DNA of 64,000 nucleotides from a virus, in IMG/VR virus record IMGVR_UViG_3300043331_001086, positions 4,820 through 68,819 of that record; one strand, 5' to 3'. The position numbers were made by a program, and so were the translations under genes. Each line of letters opens with the position of its first letter. The first letter of the stretch is position 1. This document shows, in pieces, positions 38,213 to 47,240 of this stretch. The notes below the pieces were generated by a model. That model was given only the letters and a program-made list of their open reading frames with translations. It had not been told where the DNA came from and did not search any database.

Positions 38213-39708
38213 CCGCCACCGTGACCGACCTGTTCTGCGGGGCCGGTGGGTCGTCGCTGGGTGCCGAGGCCGCGGGCATGGAACTCGTGATGGCGGCGAA
38301 TCACTGGCAGACCGCGATCGACGTCCACCAGGCCCATTTCCCCGAGGCGGGCCACGACTGCGCCGACGTGTCCCAGGCCGACCCGCGCCGCTACCCGGTG
38401 ACCGACATCCTGATCGCCAGCCCCGAGTGCACGAATCACTCACAGGCCCGCGGGGTGTCGCGCCGGGCCCAGCAGCCCTCCCTGTTCGAGGGCCCCGACC
38501 CCGCGGCCGAGCGGTCCCGGGCGACGATGTGGGACATCCCCCGCTTCGCCGAGCAGATCCCCTACACCGCGGTCATCGTGGAGAACGTGGTCGAGGCGAC
38601 CCGGTGGGTCGGGTGGCGCGCCTGGTGCCTCGCCATGGCGGACCTCGGCTACGACCGCCGGGTGCTGTCACACAACTCGATGCACCACGGGGTGCCCCAG
38701 TCCCGGGACCGGATCTACGTCGTGTTCACCCGGCGGGGCCTGGCCCCAGACCTCGACCTCGAGCTCGTGGCCCCGTGCCCGCGGTGTGGCGCGGACCGAC
38801 CGTGCCGCCAGGCATGGAAGCCGGACCGGTGGGTCGGCCGCTACGGCCAGCAGTACCGGTGGGCGTGCACCACCTGTGGGGCCGAGGTGGTCCCCGCCAC
38901 CGAGCCCGCCGCGTCGATCATCGACTGGGACCTCGACTGCCCACGGATCGGCCAGCGCACCCGCCCCCTCGCGCCGGCGACCCGCGCCCGGATCCTCGCC
39001 GGTCTGCAACGCTACGGGTGGGCCCCGGTGATCACCGCCGGGGCGGGGCACGTCTACGAGACGACCCCCGGCAACCGGGCCCGCCCGCTCACCGACCCCC
39101 TCGGCGTCCAGCACGCGACCGCCCACCACGCGCTCGCCTCCCCGCCGGGGTTCCTGTTCCAGACCGCCCACGGGGGCCGGGTGTCCGACCTCGAGCGGCC
39201 CCACCCGACAGTGTGCGCGTCCGACGACCGGCAGGCCCTGGTGATCCCCCTGCGCCGCCACGGTCACGCCCAGGACACCGGCCGCCCGGTGCCGACAGTC
39301 ACCGCGGGCGGGTTCCATCACGGCCTGCTGATGCGCAACAACGTCGGCGGCGCCGAGATGGTCACCCCGGTCACCGAGCCGGCGCGCACCCTCACGAGCA
39401 AGGGCCATCAGTCGTTGCTCGTCCCGTACAACGGGACCGGCCGGGCCATCCCCACCGAGCGGCCCCTCGGCACCCAGCCCTCACGGGATCGGTGGGCCCT
39501 GGTCGATCCCGACCGGGTGGTGGACGAGTGCGGGTTCCGGATGCTCGAACCCCACGAGATCGCGGCGGCCATGGCGTTCCCCGACGGCTACATCCCCGAC
39601 GCGCTCACGAAGCGCGACCGGGTGAAGCTGGCCGGGAACGCCGTCACCCCACCGGTGATGGTGTGGATCGCCGGCCGTGTCCTACAGGCAATGGAGGCAG
39701 CAGCATGA
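38209..39708 (+). CDS. C5 cytosine DNA methyltransferase
   Basis: DLFCGAGG, SPEC, ENV, QSRDR, GNAV. Confidence 0.95.
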   Translation: MTATVTDLFCGAGGSSLGAEAAGMELVMAANHWQTAIDVHQAHFPEAGHDCADVSQADPRRYPVTDILIASPECTNHSQARGVSRRAQQPSLFEGPDPAAERSRATMWDIPRFAEQIPYTAVIVENVVEATRWVGWRAWCLAMADLGYDRRVLSHNSMHHGVPQSRDRIYVVFTRRGLAPDLDLELVAPCPRCGADRPCRQAWKPDRWVGRYGQQYRWACTTCGAEVVPATEPAASIIDWDLDCPRIGQRTRPLAPATRARILAGLQRYGWAPVITAGAGHVYETTPGNRARPLTDPLGVQHATAHHALASPPGFLFQTAHGGRVSDLERPHPTVCASDDRQALVIPLRRHGHAQDTGRPVPTVTAGGFHHGLLMRNNVGGAEMVTPVTEPARTLTSKGHQSLLVPYNGTGRAIPTERPLGTQPSRDRWALVDPDRVVDECGFRMLEPHEIAAAMAFPDGYIPDALTKRDRVKLAGNAVTPPVMVWIAGRVLQAMEAAA

Positions 39709-40025
39709 CCTACCGGACCGGCGACCAGTGGATCGGCCGCATCGCCCGCTCGACCCCGCTCTCGTACGACGGGCTCACCGACCGGGGCGGGACGGTGGTC
39801 ATCACGTCGGACCTGTGGCCGAACATGCCCCTCCCCGGGAGCCGGGTGACAATCACCGTCGATGAGTTGCCCCCACGCTGGCAGACCGACACCGACTCGT
39901 CCGGGGACCTCTACCTGCTCTACGAGGGGACGCGCGTCGCCCAGCTGTATCTACCCCTCAAGGACGACGCCGCCGAGGTGCAGAAAGTGCTCGACGTCCT
40001 GAACGCGAAGGATCCCCGTGACTGA
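39705..40025 (+). CDS. hypothetical protein
   Basis: GGAGG RBS, ATGA overlap. Confidence 0.55.
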   Translation: MTYRTGDQWIGRIARSTPLSYDGLTDRGGTVVITSDLWPNMPLPGSRVTITVDELPPRWQTDTDSSGDLYLLYEGTRVAQLYLPLKDDAAEVQKVLDVLNAKDPRD

Positions 40026-40785
40026 CCTCCGCGACCACCTCGACGTCGCCCGGAAGGTGGTCGTCGGCCACCCCCTCTACGACGACCTCACCGACCTCCA
40101 CGCGCTCCGGATCTTCATGGACCACCACGTCTGGGCGGTCTGGGACTTCATGTCGCTGCTCACCGAGCTACAGCGCCGGGTCACCTGCACCACCGTCCCG
40201 TGGGTGCAACCCGCCGCGCCGGCGACCGCGGTCCGCCTGGTCAACGAGATCGTGCTCGGCGAGGAGTCCGACGACGTGCCCGGCTACGGGATCACCTCGC
40301 ACGTGGACCTCTACCGGGCCGCGATGCACGAGGCCGGCGCGTCGACCACCCCGCTCGACGCGTTCCAGGCTGCCGTACGGGTCGCCACGTTGCGCCCCCT
40401 GCGGCTCGCCGCCCTCGCGGGGGTACTGGGGGCCCCCCTCGGTGCCGAGCGGTTCCTGGCGGCCACCATGGCCGTGGTGCAGGCCGGGACCCTGGCCGAC
40501 ATCGTGGGCGCGTTCGCGTTCGGCCGTGAGCAGCTGATCCCCGACCTGTTCCGCCCCCTCCTCGCGAACCCCGCCGCCCGCCTGTTCGGGGTGTACCTCG
40601 AACGCCACGTCCTCATCGACGCCGAGGAGCACGGCCCCGCGGCCGAGCACCTGGTCGACAGCCTGCTCGCGTCGGCCGACCGTGAGCGTGCCTATCAGGC
40701 CGGGCTCGTGGCCCTCGGGGCCCGGTCCGAGCTCTGGTCCAGCGTGCAGCGCGCGATCCATGACGCCCGCCGGGTGGGTCAGTAG
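40018..40785 (+). CDS. DUF3050-like heme-oxygenase-fold protein
   Basis: FMDHHVWAVWDFMSLL, NEIVLGEESD, SH..LY..AM, FGRE.LIP, YLERH...D.EEHGP. Confidence 0.8.
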   Translation: MTDLRDHLDVARKVVVGHPLYDDLTDLHALRIFMDHHVWAVWDFMSLLTELQRRVTCTTVPWVQPAAPATAVRLVNEIVLGEESDDVPGYGITSHVDLYRAAMHEAGASTTPLDAFQAAVRVATLRPLRLAALAGVLGAPLGAERFLAATMAVVQAGTLADIVGAFAFGREQLIPDLFRPLLANPAARLFGVYLERHVLIDAEEHGPAAEHLVDSLLASADRERAYQAGLVALGARSELWSSVQRAIHDARRVGQ

Positions 40786-40795
40786 CGTTGCGGCG

Positions 40796-41488
40796 ATGAC
40801 CGACACCGACCGGCCCCCGCGGTGGCAGGAGTACCTGTCGCTGGACGAACTCCTCGAACGGCGCGACCCGCGCAACCCGAAGGACCACGCCGACCGCGAC
40901 ATCCGGAAGTCGATGGGCCGGTTCGGGTACACCGAGCCGGTCATGGTCGATGAGCGCACCGGGTTCCTCGTCGCCGGGCACGGCCGGGTCGACAACCTCG
41001 CGGCACGGCGCGCCGCCGGGGAGAACCCACCTGACGGGATCGTGGACCACCCCGAGCGCGGCTGGACGGTCCCCACGAACCGAGGCTGGGCGAGCCGGTC
41101 CGACGAGGAAGCCGCCGCCTACCTGGTGGCCGCGAATCAGCTGACCATCAAGGGCGGCTGGAAACCGGACCCCTTCGCCGCGATCCTCGCCGAGCTCCGG
41201 TCCACCGACACCGGGCTCGAGGGGATCGGCCTGTCACCCACCGAGGCCGCCGACATCCTCGCCGCGTACGGGCCCGTGCCCACGCTGGACGAACTCGCCG
41301 ACCAGATCGGTGACCCCGAGCCGGAGGACTTCTGGCCGGTCCTGCGGCTCAAGGTCTCACCGGAGACGAAGGCCGAGTTCGAGCGGTGGCTCGACACGAC
41401 CGGGCAGGTGACCGCGGGCGACGACGCCGTGATGGCCGGTCTCCTCCGGATCGCGACAGCGGCCCTGGCCGACGCGGAGACCTCGTGA
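40796..41488 (+). CDS. ParB/Srx N-terminal-like protein
   Basis: RNPKDH..SMGRFGYTEPV..LVAGHGR..YLVAANQL. Confidence 0.8.
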   Translation: MTDTDRPPRWQEYLSLDELLERRDPRNPKDHADRDIRKSMGRFGYTEPVMVDERTGFLVAGHGRVDNLAARRAAGENPPDGIVDHPERGWTVPTNRGWASRSDEEAAAYLVAANQLTIKGGWKPDPFAAILAELRSTDTGLEGIGLSPTEAADILAAYGPVPTLDELADQIGDPEPEDFWPVLRLKVSPETKAEFERWLDTTGQVTAGDDAVMAGLLRIATAALADAETS

Positions 41489-42423
41489 CGGCCCCGATCG
41501 CGGTCCTGCTCTCCTACCACTTCTGGCGGGACCTCGACCTCGATGAGGCCCTCGGCCTGTGGCCCGAGCACCCGCTCGTGTTCGCCGACTCGGGCGCGTT
41601 CTCCGCGTCGACCGTCGGCGCCGAGGTGGACGTGCACGCCTACGCCGAGTGGCTCGACCGGTGGCGCCACCACTTCGCCGTCGCCTGCACCCTCGACGTC
41701 ATCGGCGATGAGGTGGCGACCGAGACGAACACCCGGATCCTCGAAGGCCACGGCCATCGGGTGCTCCCGGTGTTCCACACGAACGAGCCCTGGGACTACC
41801 TCGAACGCCTGGTGGCCGAGTACCGGTACGTCGGGGTCGGGGGCATGGTCCCCTACAAGATGCGAGAGAAGGCGCTCCTGCGCTGGCTGGTGCAGTGCTT
41901 CCGGGTCGCCGAGGGGACCGGCACCGTGTTCCACGGGCTCGGGCTCACGAACCCCCGGATGCTGGCCCCCCTGCCCTTCTACTCGGTCGACTCGTCGTCG
42001 TGGTGCGCGGGCCTGATCTACGGCCGGATCCACCTCTACGACGGGCTCACCGGCAAGATCCGCCCGGTGCAGGCCGGGGACCGCGGCGCGCTCCTGCGCG
42101 GCGACGAGCTCCGGGCCGTCGGCCTCGACCCCTACGAGGTGGCGACCCCGTACTACGGCCGCCGGGACCCCGACGGCGAGAAGCCCGCCGAGGTGTACCG
42201 CCGGCAACACACCGAGGAAGGCGCCGCGAACCTCGTGGCCGCCGCGGCCCAGGCCGAGTGGTGGCACGCCCGCCACGCCCCCGTGTCCGTCGACGGGATG
42301 CCCGACGGCCCGGTCACGTTCCTCGTCGCGATCAACCCGATGGACCTCGGCCGGATCCGCCAGCACTTCTACCCGACCACCGACCAGGAGACACCCGCAC
42401 ATGGGACAGCTGCCCCCGCATGA
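41485..42423 (+). CDS. TGT/DpdA-like base-exchange transglycosylase
   Basis: DSGAFS, LDVIGD, PVFH, GGMVP, HGLG, SVDSSSW. Confidence 0.8.
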   Translation: MTAPIAVLLSYHFWRDLDLDEALGLWPEHPLVFADSGAFSASTVGAEVDVHAYAEWLDRWRHHFAVACTLDVIGDEVATETNTRILEGHGHRVLPVFHTNEPWDYLERLVAEYRYVGVGGMVPYKMREKALLRWLVQCFRVAEGTGTVFHGLGLTNPRMLAPLPFYSVDSSSWCAGLIYGRIHLYDGLTGKIRPVQAGDRGALLRGDELRAVGLDPYEVATPYYGRRDPDGEKPAEVYRRQHTEEGAANLVAAAAQAEWWHARHAPVSVDGMPDGPVTFLVAINPMDLGRIRQHFYPTTDQETPAHGTAAPA

Positions 42424-43015
42424 CCTCGACCCCTCGAAGCTCGAAGCCGGCACCCGGCTGATCCTCGAGGGGCTCGGCGTCGACCCCACCACCCACGACG
42501 AGGTGGTCGCGAACACCCCCCGCCGGGTGGCCGACCTCTACACCGAGATGATCAACCCCGCGTGGTGCGACGTGGACGAGGTGTTCAAGACCTTCGAGCC
42601 GCCCGAGGCCTGGCGCACCGGCGACATGGTGATGGTCCACGACGTCCACTACGTGTCGATGTGCGAGCACCACCTCGCCCCCAGCTTCGGCGTCGCGCAC
42701 GTCGCGTACATCCCAGACCTCAAGGTCGTCGGCTACTCGAAGCTCAAGAAGGGGCTCAACTACGTCGCCCGCGGACCCCAGCTGAACGAGCGCATCCTCG
42801 CCGACACCCTCGACATCATCGAGAAGCAGGTCGAGCCGAAGGGGTGCGCGCTCGTGTTGCAGTCGACGCACTGCTGCATCGCGCTCCGCTCCTCGGCGCC
42901 GTCACAAGAGGTGGTGACGGTGCAAGGGTTCCGCGGTGACCTCGCCACCGACCCCTGGCGACGGGAGTTCACCGACACGCTGATCGGTCGGAAGCCCCTG
43001 TTCCTCGGGGCGTGA
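42401..43015 (+). CDS. folE: GTP cyclohydrolase I (divergent)
   Basis: TPRRVA, SMCEHH, AYIP..VVG.SKL, Q.NER, H.C zinc ligands. Confidence 0.9.
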   Translation: MGQLPPHDLDPSKLEAGTRLILEGLGVDPTTHDEVVANTPRRVADLYTEMINPAWCDVDEVFKTFEPPEAWRTGDMVMVHDVHYVSMCEHHLAPSFGVAHVAYIPDLKVVGYSKLKKGLNYVARGPQLNERILADTLDIIEKQVEPKGCALVLQSTHCCIALRSSAPSQEVVTVQGFRGDLATDPWRREFTDTLIGRKPLFLGA

Positions 43016-43170
43016 TGCCACATGGAGCGTCGAGTCAGCGCGCTGGGTAGCTTGCGCCCATTGGGGGCCACAGCGCTCTGTGGGCCGCTGGGGGGTCTCC
43101 CGGGTGTAACGACCCATCGGACACCTCGGGAGCGCATAAGTCCTGCCCAGCCCGGGTGTGGAGGGGGTCT

Positions 43171-43461
43171 GTGATGGTCGGTGGCGGGTTCCTCCGGATC
43201 GGCGACAACGGCCAGGCCCAGCACCCCCACACGCTCGAGGACGCGCTCTGGCTCGCGCTCCGGCAGTGCGCCACCCACTCGGCCGGACCTCTCGCGACCG
43301 TCGCCCGGCTGATCGACGCGACCCACGAGGGGATCCTCGACCCGGCCGAGCTCGCGGCCGCGATCCGGACCCGGCTCGACGCCGCGGACATGCCCGCCGA
43401 CCGTCGCCGGGTGGCCGAGGCGTTCCTCGAAGCCCTGTTCGATGGGACGCTCGCCCGATGA
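43171..43461 (+). CDS. hypothetical helical protein
   Basis: GGAGG RBS; coupled to the LOG gene. Confidence 0.5.
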   Translation: MMVGGGFLRIGDNGQAQHPHTLEDALWLALRQCATHSAGPLATVARLIDATHEGILDPAELAAAIRTRLDAADMPADRRRVAEAFLEALFDGTLAR

Positions 43462-43916
43462 CGACCCGCTTCGGTCCCCTCGTCGCGGTCGTCGGCAAGG
43501 GACGCGACTGCCCGGCCGACGTTGTGAACGCCGCCGCGATCGTCGGCCACGAACTCGGCCGTGCCGGCGTCACCCTCCTCACCGGCGGACTCGGCGGCGT
43601 GATGCTGTCGAGCGCGTGCGCGGCCCACGCCGTCGGCGGCCTGGTCGTCGCGCTCCTGCCGCTCGAGGAGGAATGCCTCCCCCCGGCCAACCTCGTGATC
43701 CGGACGGGCCTGTCCCACACCACCCGGAACGTGATCATGGGCACCGCCTGCGACGCGCTCATCGCGCTCGACGGTGGGCCGGGGACCATGCAAGAGGTGG
43801 CCGTCGCCTCCGAGCGCGGAGTGCCGGCCGTCCAGGTGGACACCGACCGGTGGCCACTCCCCCGCATCAGCTACTCGGAGGTGCAGTCATGGGCGAGCAA
43901 GGTCACGAGCAAGTAG
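43458..43916 (+). CDS. LOG/SLOG family protein
   Basis: TGGLGGVM, RNVIM..CDALIAL.GGPGTMQE. Confidence 0.85.
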   Translation: MTTRFGPLVAVVGKGRDCPADVVNAAAIVGHELGRAGVTLLTGGLGGVMLSSACAAHAVGGLVVALLPLEEECLPPANLVIRTGLSHTTRNVIMGTACDALIALDGGPGTMQEVAVASERGVPAVQVDTDRWPLPRISYSEVQSWASKVTSK

Positions 43917-44440
43917 TCGTCGGCTGGGCCGAGGTGACCGTCCTCGCCAGGGCCGTCGCCGCGACCATCCGCGAGACCACCCGCGACATCGAGGCCGGAC
44001 CCGTCGAGGGGATCTACGGCATCCCCCGCGGTGGGTGTGTCCCGGCCGCGCTCATCGCCGGCATGACCGAGATCCCCCTCGTGGAGGCCCCCGGCCCGAC
44101 GGTGTTCGTGGTCGATGACCTCGTGGACTCGGGCCGCACCGCGAAGGACGTCCTGTCCGGCTACCCACAGGTGGCCGGGTTCCGGGCCCTCTACTGCAAG
44201 TCCTGGTCACCCCCCGATCTCACCGCCGGCGCGGTCGTCACCCCCGGCGACCCGTGGCTCGTGTTCCCGTGGGAGGCCCGGGAAATGGCCGCCCAGGACG
44301 CCGTGGTGCGCCTCATGCAGGCAGGGGGGGTGGACACCACCGACCCCGGCGTGGAGCCCGTAGCGGCCGCCCTGGCCGGTGTCCTGCCCAGCCACGTCGC
44401 ATCCCTGGTCGGGGCGTGGCCCGGGGTCGCGATCCAGTAG
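43889..44440 (+). CDS. purine-type phosphoribosyltransferase
   Basis: GIPRGG, VVDDLVDSGRT, WLVFPWE. Confidence 0.85.
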   Translation: MGEQGHEQVVVGWAEVTVLARAVAATIRETTRDIEAGPVEGIYGIPRGGCVPAALIAGMTEIPLVEAPGPTVFVVDDLVDSGRTAKDVLSGYPQVAGFRALYCKSWSPPDLTAGAVVTPGDPWLVFPWEAREMAAQDAVVRLMQAGGVDTTDPGVEPVAAALAGVLPSHVASLVGAWPGVAIQ

Positions 44441-44488
44441 CTATTGGACGTGCGTCGACCCTGCTAGTCGGCGAACTTCCCGGAACGC

Positions 44489-44517
44489 TTGCCACCCCAG
44501 CACAGCGCGCTTAGGTT
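44489..44517 (+). promoter_or_regulatory. strong sigma-A-like promoter
   Basis: TTGCCA-N17-TAGGTT, with AGCGCGCT in the spacer. Confidence 0.75.
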
Positions 44518-44519
44518 GG

Positions 44520-44925
44520 TCCCCGTTAGGAAGTTCCCCCCCAGGAGTGGGGGAGCGAGGGACACGGTGGTAGGCCCCCACGGGGAGCATGAGCCACCCC
44601 CGACCAGCACCAGGTGAGGGTAGCCTTCGGAGGGGCCCGGTGACCGCCACGGAAGTGGGTAGCGGTGGGCGGGACGAGGGGTCACATCCTCGCGAAACCG
44701 ACCACTTCCGACAGACGCAAGCGAGCAAGCAGCGGTTCTCAACACTCCACCGCACGGGCCCGACCTCACCGTCGGGCCCTGCTCGCGCTCACCACCCCCC
44801 GAGCCTTACCTCGACCAGCCAGGCACCGGGCACCTACCACGCGCAGCGACCGTGGAGCGGCCCACCTGGTGTCCCGAGACGGCCGAGGTTGGGTGGTGGG
44901 CGCGAGCAGGGAGGTTCCCTGTGCA
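44520..44925 (+). ncRNA. candidate structured RNA or long 5' leader
   Basis: no credible CDS; multiple stems including a 21-bp stem (44777-44797 with 44891-44911); cTTCGg and GNRA-like sequences. Confidence 0.45.
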
Positions 44926-44945
44926 TCAACCCCGTGGAGGACACG

Positions 44946-45404
44946 ATGAGCACCACGACGAAGTTCGCGACGATGGACGAGGCCCTCGAGGCCTACAAGG
45001 CTGGCGGCAAGGACCGCGGGCTGGTGATCGAGCAGGCGAAGGCCGAGCACGACGCCGTCAAGAAGGCGAAGGCCAGCAAGAAGCGGGCCCCCGCCACCCC
45101 GGCACTCGAGGCCGTCAACAAGGCCAACGAGCTCGGCCTGAACCGCACGAAGTCCAGCAAGGGCACCGGGTCCGGTGGCCGAGCGGTGCGGTTCTCCGAC
45201 ACCGAGTTGGTCGAGATGGTCAAGTCGGCCGTGCAGGCCGGCGAGGCCAGGACGGCCGGTGGGTGCGTCAAGCACTTCCGGGCCATCGGCAAGGGCTCGA
45301 ACGAGAAGCGGGTCAAGCGTGCCTGGGATGCGGCGATCGCCGCGGGCATGACCGTCCCCGAGAAGCCCAGCCAGTCCACCGAGGACACCCCCTCGGAGTC
45401 GTGA
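44946..45404 (+). CDS. Lys-rich hypothetical protein
   Basis: strong RBS; basic composition suggests nucleic-acid binding. Confidence 0.75.
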   Translation: MSTTTKFATMDEALEAYKAGGKDRGLVIEQAKAEHDAVKKAKASKKRAPATPALEAVNKANELGLNRTKSSKGTGSGGRAVRFSDTELVEMVKSAVQAGEARTAGGCVKHFRAIGKGSNEKRVKRAWDAAIAAGMTVPEKPSQSTEDTPSES

Positions 45405-45519
45405 ACCGCCCGCCCTGCCCCCCTCGGGGGGCGGGGCTCGCGGGGCTCATCCGGTACCGCCGGGTGGTCCCCGCGAGCCTCCGAGGTTCGGAGTGACTCA
45501 ACCCCGTGGAGGGAATGCC

Positions 45520-46497
45520 ATGACTGCTTACTTCGATTGCGGATTCTCAGTGCGTCAGCCCGCGTGGCACGGCGAAGCCACCATCCTTGACGAGTACCCC
45601 GAGACGTGGGACGAGGCCAGGATGGCCGCCGGGCTGATGTGGGAACCGGCCGAGCAGAAGCTGTACGTGCCGGGGCCCGAGGGCACGTTCGTTCCGGTCG
45701 ACGGCTTCAAGGCCATCACCCGGGATGACACGGGCGAGGTGTTGGCCACCACGACCGACACGTTCTCGCTGATCACCCACGCAATGATGGGGGAGATCAT
45801 CGAGGCCGTCATCGGCGAGGCCAACGTCAAGTTCGAGACGGCCGGGTCACTCCGGTCGGGCAAGTCCGTGTGGGCGCTGGTCCGGCTGGACGAGCCCTAC
45901 ACGGTGCCGGGCGACGACAGCCCGATCTACCCGTTCCTCGCACTGCTCAACCCCCACGACGGTACCGGGGCCTGCAAGGCCACCTTCACCGACGTGCGGG
46001 TGATCTGCTGGAACACCTGGCAGGCCGCCGAGCAGCGCGCCGAGCGGGACGGGACGTCGTTCTCGTTCCGACACGTGGGCACCCCGGCCGACCGGATCGC
46101 TGAGGCGAAGGGCGCGCTGGCCCAGCTGCGGGACAACTCCCGGGCCCAGGCCGATACGTTCGCCGCCCTGGCGAAGGTGCCCGTCAACGACGAGCAGGTG
46201 CTCACCTTCACCGAGTTGTTCCTGCCGAGCCCCCGGGACACCGGCGAGCTCTGCTCGGACCGGGTGCAGGCCAACGTGGACCACGCCCGAGGCGTGTTCC
46301 GCCGCCTGTACGACGAGTCGGTGACGACCGAGGGGATCCGGGGCAGCGCCTACGGACTCCTGCAGGCCAGCACCGAGTACCTCGACCACGTGCGCCGGTT
46401 CCAGACCCGTGACACCTACGTCGGCCGGACGGTGCTGCGCGCCGAGCCCCTCAAGGCGAAGGCCCTGGCACTCATCGGTGAGGTGACCGGCAACTGA
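45520..46497 (+). CDS. DUF932 family protein
   Basis: PAWHG, FETAGSL..GK.VW, N.HDG, RVICWNT, RH. Confidence 0.85.
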   Translation: MTAYFDCGFSVRQPAWHGEATILDEYPETWDEARMAAGLMWEPAEQKLYVPGPEGTFVPVDGFKAITRDDTGEVLATTTDTFSLITHAMMGEIIEAVIGEANVKFETAGSLRSGKSVWALVRLDEPYTVPGDDSPIYPFLALLNPHDGTGACKATFTDVRVICWNTWQAAEQRAERDGTSFSFRHVGTPADRIAEAKGALAQLRDNSRAQADTFAALAKVPVNDEQVLTFTELFLPSPRDTGELCSDRVQANVDHARGVFRRLYDESVTTEGIRGSAYGLLQASTEYLDHVRRFQTRDTYVGRTVLRAEPLKAKALALIGEVTGN

Positions 46498-46623
46498 GAT
46501 CCCGCCGAAGCGTCGGGTCCGGGCGAGCCGCCCCTCGTCCGGACCTGGCGTGCGCCTCCCCGACCCCAGGCCGGGTGGGCGCACGCTGGGAGGTTCCCGG
46601 CAGTCAACCCCGTGGAGGGCACC

Positions 46624-46857
46624 ATGCCCGCGAACACCCGCTACGTCCTGCTCAAGCGCCAGTGGCGCGCCGGCCGTTGGGTCACCGAGTACGAGGTGAC
46701 CGACCGGCTCATCGACACGCCCGACTCGGCGCTCGCGTGCTACACCGTCGAGCATCACAGGGGCCGACAGGCTGACGTGGTGGCGACCGTGCTCGAGTGG
46801 GAGGCCCGAGGCCGCCCCCGGGACATGGCCGTCCGACGGCGGTGGCCCGCTGCGTGA
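46624..46857 (+). CDS. hypothetical protein
   Basis: preceded by the start-associated repeat. Confidence 0.6.
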   Translation: MPANTRYVLLKRQWRAGRWVTEYEVTDRLIDTPDSALACYTVEHHRGRQADVVATVLEWEARGRPRDMAVRRRWPAA

Positions 46858-47045
46858 TCCCCAGTCAGGGCCCGGCCAGCGTTGCCCGGGCCCTGCACGG
46901 GGGGCTTGACCTGGTGGGGCGCCCGCCGGGTTGAGCCCCCCGTGCAGGGAGACTCCCTGCAACCCGCGCACGACGGTGGGGGGGCCCGGTCTGGCAAGTG
47001 CCGGACCTCCCCACCTCGTGAACATCAACCCCGTGGAGGACAGCC

Positions 47046-47240
47046 ATGCCCCGACCCTTCTCGCCCACGGACCTCGACAGCCCGCTCATCGGGCTGCTCG
47101 ACCAGACCGTCAGCTACAGCGACGACGGCCAGGTCCGAGAGGGCGTGCTCAAGAACGTCCAGCAGGACGGGATGGTGACCATTGCCGACGACGACGGGAT
47201 CGTCGTCGCGGTGGTCCCGGTCGCGAACGTGGTCACATGA
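47046..47240 (+). CDS. hypothetical protein
   Basis: preceded by the start-associated repeat. Confidence 0.6.
   Translation: MPRPFSPTDLDSPLIGLLDQTVSYSDDGQVREGVLKNVQQDGMVTIADDDGIVVAVVPVANVVT

Noticed and set aside
40796-41488. ParB as a partitioning system
   Set aside because: No ParA partner; it has only the ParB/Srx N-terminal-like domain and is coupled to the TGT-like gene
43050-43160. tRNA, preQ1 riboswitch or HDV-like ribozyme
   Set aside because: No T-loop/CCA cloverleaf or known consensus could be matched by eye
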